From the NCBI GenBank assembly GCA_965217115.1, contig OZ244239.1, positions 736,001 to 800,000 of the forward strand: a stretch of 64,000 nt of DNA, written 5' to 3'. Below are positions 60,025-64,000 of this stretch, piece by piece. The position numbers and the translations under genes were made by a program. The DNA comes from Bdellovibrionales bacterium. Its GTDB lineage: Bacteria; Bdellovibrionota; Bdellovibrionia; Bdellovibrionales; CAYMLA01. The notes beneath the pieces were generated by a model. It saw only the letters and a program-made list of their open reading frames with translations, searched no databases and had not been told where the DNA came from. The stretch's first letter is position 1. Each line of letters starts with the position of its first letter.

Positions 60025-60987
60025 CTATTTCATAGGAGGATTGAAGGGGAGAAAGTCTTTTGGTAGCGCAGCCTGCGCGCCACTTTTTCCTTCGGTTTGA
60101 TTGAAATACATACGGGTTGTTTGGTAGGCAAAATCAATGTCATTGTTTTTGTCAAATTCCTCTAAGATCCTTGTCCATAGCTGGTCTTCCTTGTCTCTAA
60201 CCTTGCGGGGACGAATCAAAAAACGCAGGGTTAACATCACACCGCTGTCTTTCACTGACAAATACACTATGGGGGTCATTTTTCCAAATCGAATCAAATA
60301 GCTCCTCGACACCTCTTTAAACTCCTTCTTTCCTCTAGGAGTTACGGGCTCTATCTCTTCACTAATAATCTTGAGAAGAATTTCCTTAGCTTTTCTCCAA
60401 TTACTCTCAAAAGTGACCAATATTCCCATTTCATACCAAATATAACCAAAACCCTTATCGTAATTAACCAGGCGATCCTTAAACACGCGGTTATTAGGCA
60501 TATGAAGTATACGACCCGTGCTGTTATCCGCATCCACCCAACGGGAATTGATCTCCATCATAAGTGTCTGAAAGAGACGAATATCTATAACATCCCCAAT
60601 ATCATCACCTAATTGCACTCGATCACCCACGACAAATGGTCTTCTCCATACGATAAAAGCAAACGAGACCATACTCGCAATCACATCTTGCATCGCAATC
60701 GCAAGTCCCGCACCTACCAAGCCCAGAAAGGTGGCAACAGAGGCGACTCCCTCAAACCACACTCGCGACACCAATATGATTCCAAAAGTGTAAATCACAT
60801 ACTTTATACCCATCTGCCAATAGTAGTGACGCGTGACGTCCTCAACCTTCGTCGTTATAAAACGAGACATCACCCATTTGAGTAAAAATAAAAAAACTAC
60901 AATCAAAATAGACAGACTTATTTTATCGTTAAAATAAGTGCTTGAAGAAAAATGATTTAGAATATTCTTAATATAAGCTGGGTCCAT
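60025..60987 (-). CDS. mscS: Small-conductance mechanosensitive channel
   Basis: GLAIAMQD, RPFVVGDRV, G.V.DI, PNN. Confidence 0.92.
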   Translation of the reverse strand: MDPAYIKNILNHFSSSTYFNDKISLSILIVVFLFLLKWVMSRFITTKVEDVTRHYYWQMGIKYVIYTFGIILVSRVWFEGVASVATFLGLVGAGLAIAMQDVIASMVSFAFIVWRRPFVVGDRVQLGDDIGDVIDIRLFQTLMMEINSRWVDADNSTGRILHMPNNRVFKDRLVNYDKGFGYIWYEMGILVTFESNWRKAKEILLKIISEEIEPVTPRGKKEFKEVSRSYLIRFGKMTPIVYLSVKDSGVMLTLRFLIRPRKVRDKEDQLWTRILEEFDKNNDIDFAYQTTRMYFNQTEGKSGAQAALPKDFLPFNPPMK

Positions 60988-61126
60988 TCCCCTTATTGTC
61001 TAGGGACGTAAACAGCAAAGCAAGCTCACTGGCTACCTATCTTAATAAACCTCTACTTAAACCTAGATACAAAGACACTTGAAAAGAACTTCTTTTAAAA
61101 AACCTTTATAATGATGAGTCCAAAGC

Positions 61127-62800
61127 TCAATTAATCGTGCGATACTTAATTCGGCTTGGAATTAACTCATCCACATTTAAACGTTTCTTCAAGTCCCCTT
61201 CATACTCAGAATAGTTTCCACTGAAGAAGTTCACCTGACTATCACCCTCAAAAGCCATGATATGCGTGCAAATTCGATCCAAGAACCAGCGATCATGACT
61301 AATCACCACCACACTGCCACCAAACTCTAAAATAGCGTCCTCCAAAGCACGCATCGTGTTCACATCTAGGTCATTGGTTGGTTCATCGAGCAAAATCACA
61401 TTTGCCCCCTGCTTTAACACCTTGGCCAACTGGACTCGATTGCGCTCTCCTCCGGACAAATCACCCACTTTCTTCTGCTGATCCGTTCCCGAAAAATTAA
61501 ACCACGACACATAAGCCCTGGCCTGAACCTCACGAGTGCCCAAAACAATCACATCCTCACCTTCACTAATTTCCTCAAAAACAGTTTTATCGCCATTTAA
61601 AACATCTCTTTTCTGGTCAACATAGGCCAACTTCACCGTCTCACCGATTTTAAAACTCCCCGAATCAGGCTGGTCTTTCCCCGTCATTAAATTAAATAAC
61701 GTGGTCTTTCCCGCGCCATTAGGACCAATAACACCGACAATCGCTCCACGGGGAATCATAAAAGACACATCGTCCATCAATAGGCGGCCATCATATCCCT
61801 TGCAAACATTTTTCGCCTCAACCACCATTTGTCCTAAACGTTCCCCAGGGGGGATGTAAATTTGCATATCCTGTATCTTCTCAGAGGTTTTCTCTTTTAA
61901 CAGATCTTCATAGGCGCTTAAACGTGCCTTCGATTTTGCCTGTCGCCCCTTAGGGTTCATACGCACCCACTCCAGTTCTTTATCAAGAGTTCTCTGACGA
62001 CGGGATTCTTGGCTTTTCTCCTGGCTTAAACGTTTTCCCTTTTGATCGAGCCACCCTGAGTAATTCCCTTCAAAAGGGATTCCCTCACCACGATCCAACT
62101 CCAGAATCCAACCAGCCACATTATCTAAGAAATATCTATCATGGGTGATCGCCACAACTGTCCCACGGAATTTTGCCAAAAACATCTCAAGCCACCCCAC
62201 TGACTCCGCATCCAAATGGTTCGTCGGCTCATCTAAGAGTAAAATATCTGGTTCTGATAAAAGTAACCGGGCCAAAGCCACACGCCTCTTCTCTCCACCT
62301 GATAAATGCTCCACCGAAGAATCCCCATCAGGGCACCGTAGAGCACCCATGGCCACATTTATTTTCGTATCCACATCCCAACCATCAACAGCTTCAATTT
62401 TCTCCTGAATCAGCCCTTGCTTATCAATAAGACGAGTCATCTCATCATCTGACATCGGCTCACACATCTTCAGACTAATCTCTTCAAAATCTTGAAGCCA
62501 TTTTGCTAAATCCCCCAAGCCATCAAGGATATTGCCTTTAACATTCTTAGAACCATCGAGTTGTGGCTCTTGCTTCAAGTAGCCCACACGCATCTCCTTG
62601 GCGGGGAAAGCCTCACCGAGGAAATCCTCATCCACTCCAGCCATGATCTTCAATAGGGTGGACTTTCCAGAGCCATTCAACCCAAGAACCCCGATTTTGG
62701 CTCCATAAAAATAAGAGAGATAAATATCCTTCAAAACATGGCGATTTGGCGGGTAAACTTTGCCCACGCCCTTCATCGTGTAGATAATCTCTTTAGACAT
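61127..62800 (-). CDS. ettA: Energy-dependent translational throttle ABC-F protein (start probably ATG 62800)
   Basis: GAKIGVLGLNGSGKSTL, ELEWVR.NPKGRQAKSKARL, two ABC domains. Confidence 0.97.
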   Translation of the reverse strand: MSKEIIYTMKGVGKVYPPNRHVLKDIYLSYFYGAKIGVLGLNGSGKSTLLKIMAGVDEDFLGEAFPAKEMRVGYLKQEPQLDGSKNVKGNILDGLGDLAKWLQDFEEISLKMCEPMSDDEMTRLIDKQGLIQEKIEAVDGWDVDTKINVAMGALRCPDGDSSVEHLSGGEKRRVALARLLLSEPDILLLDEPTNHLDAESVGWLEMFLAKFRGTVVAITHDRYFLDNVAGWILELDRGEGIPFEGNYSGWLDQKGKRLSQEKSQESRRQRTLDKELEWVRMNPKGRQAKSKARLSAYEDLLKEKTSEKIQDMQIYIPPGERLGQMVVEAKNVCKGYDGRLLMDDVSFMIPRGAIVGVIGPNGAGKTTLFNLMTGKDQPDSGSFKIGETVKLAYVDQKRDVLNGDKTVFEEISEGEDVIVLGTREVQARAYVSWFNFSGTDQQKKVGDLSGGERNRVQLAKVLKQGANVILLDEPTNDLDVNTMRALEDAILEFGGSVVVISHDRWFLDRICTHIMAFEGDSQVNFFSGNYSEYEGDLKKRLNVDELIPSRIKYRTIN

Positions 62801-62885
62801 GACACTTCCCCCATGTTTGATTTTCACTAGGGTTTAACTTGCCCTATGACCTATTGCAACAATAAACTATACACAGAAGCTGGGC

Positions 62886-63893
62886 ATGGACGCTCTCCAA
62901 AAAAACAAATACAACAAGAGCAAATACAACAAGAGGAATACATCCAAAATGGAAGGTTCAAAAAGTAAATCCATCGGTCAACATTTCATCGTGGGCTTTT
63001 CGGGGCAGAAACTTCCCCAGTGGCTCTATCAACTGGAAGAAAAATTTGGTCTTGGCGGCGTTATTCTCTTTGATTATGATGTAAAAACAAAGAAAGACGA
63101 TAATAACATCGCTTCGCCCCAGCAACTCAAGTGGCTTTGCCAAGAGATCAAAGAACTCTCCTCTTCTCCACATATCTTTATCGACCAAGAAGGGGGACTT
63201 GTAAGGCGTTTAAAAGAAAAAAAAGGGTTCTCACCTCTACCTAGCGCTCAGAAATTCAACTCTCTAACTCGCTCTGAAAAAAAACAATCTCTCTTTCACA
63301 GTTTCCATGAAATGAAAAACCTAGGTATTGATTACAATTTGGCTCCTGTCATTGATATCAATTACAACCCCAGCAATCCCAATATTGGAGCTATTGAACG
63401 TTCTTTTTCACGGTCATCACAAGAAGTGGAAGACAATCTTTTACTTATCAATGAAGTCGCCAAGAGCGTCGACCTCAAGCTCTGTCTCAAACACTACCCT
63501 GGACTCGGGGGGGCCACAACCAATTCCCATTTAGACATCACTGATCTCTCAGGCACTGTCACGCAAGATCAACTCCATCTCTTCTACAAGTACGGCTCTA
63601 TTATCCACGGGCAGTCCATTCTCATTAGCCATGGGTTTGTCAGAGAGTGGGACCATCAAAATCCTTGCACTGTCTCACGTCCTATTCTCTCCAAATTGAA
63701 GGAGCACTCTCCCCACGCACAGTTAATCTCTGACGATATGCAGATGGAAGGGCTGCTAAAAATATGTGGTTCCATTGAAAGCGCTTGTGAAAAATCGCTT
63801 CAAGCTGGCATGGATATGATCTGTATTGGTAACAATCTCAAAGACCACTCTGCAAAACTCTGGGATATGTTCTCCCGCTTAGAACACTCTTGA
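62886..63893 (+). CDS. Glycoside hydrolase family 3 (NagZ-like beta-N-acetylhexosaminidase)
   Basis: GGVILF, DQEGGLVRRL, APVID, KHYPGLG...NSH, ISDDMQM. Confidence 0.9.
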   Translation: MDALQKNKYNKSKYNKRNTSKMEGSKSKSIGQHFIVGFSGQKLPQWLYQLEEKFGLGGVILFDYDVKTKKDDNNIASPQQLKWLCQEIKELSSSPHIFIDQEGGLVRRLKEKKGFSPLPSAQKFNSLTRSEKKQSLFHSFHEMKNLGIDYNLAPVIDINYNPSNPNIGAIERSFSRSSQEVEDNLLLINEVAKSVDLKLCLKHYPGLGGATTNSHLDITDLSGTVTQDQLHLFYKYGSIIHGQSILISHGFVREWDHQNPCTVSRPILSKLKEHSPHAQLISDDMQMEGLLKICGSIESACEKSLQAGMDMICIGNNLKDHSAKLWDMFSRLEHS

Positions 63894-64000
63894 ATTAGAG
63901 ATAACATCACTGAACTCTATTTATTTAATGACCTTCTCTATTTTTTTATCGAGTTGAGCTAAAAAAGACGAAACCATTGAATCTCTCTCCTCTGCCTGTA

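Overview
This looks like a chromosomal window from an AT-rich diderm bacterium, probably Bdellovibrionota (inferred from the protein repertoire, not proven). It has four parts. (1) 1-7.1 kb: decayed accessory DNA with IS3 remnants and scraps of sister copies of the neighbouring element. (2) 7.1-31.9 kb: an apparently intact ~24.7-kb integrative conjugative element (ICE) at the 3' end of tRNA-Pro(UGG), bounded by a 129-bp direct repeat. It encodes a tyrosine integrase, a Replic_Relax/MOBC-like relaxase, VirD4 and a minimal VirB2/3/4/5/6/8/9/10 system, with cargo genes slotted between the tra genes. (3) 32-53.5 kb: an accessory tract of mostly secreted proteins with two inverted MITE copies, ending at tRNA-Asp(GUC). 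(4) 53.6-64 kb: housekeeping genes (orn, ahcY, map, ettA, MscS, GH3). The best candidate for an undescribed system is a tight ICE-borne operon: a tandem-DUF1508/YegP protein with a C-terminal tail ending PPGS, a small possibly E2-like protein and a ThiF/E1 enzyme, with a convergent papain-like peptidase. This may be a ubiquitin-like conjugation system using a non-beta-grasp modifier. Other candidates are a Cys-rich peptide plus ferritin-like diiron enzyme pair (possible RiPP), an Frpo-like hairpin in the ICE leading region, and an RloC-like ABC ATPase. All calls come from motif reading by eye; no searches were run.
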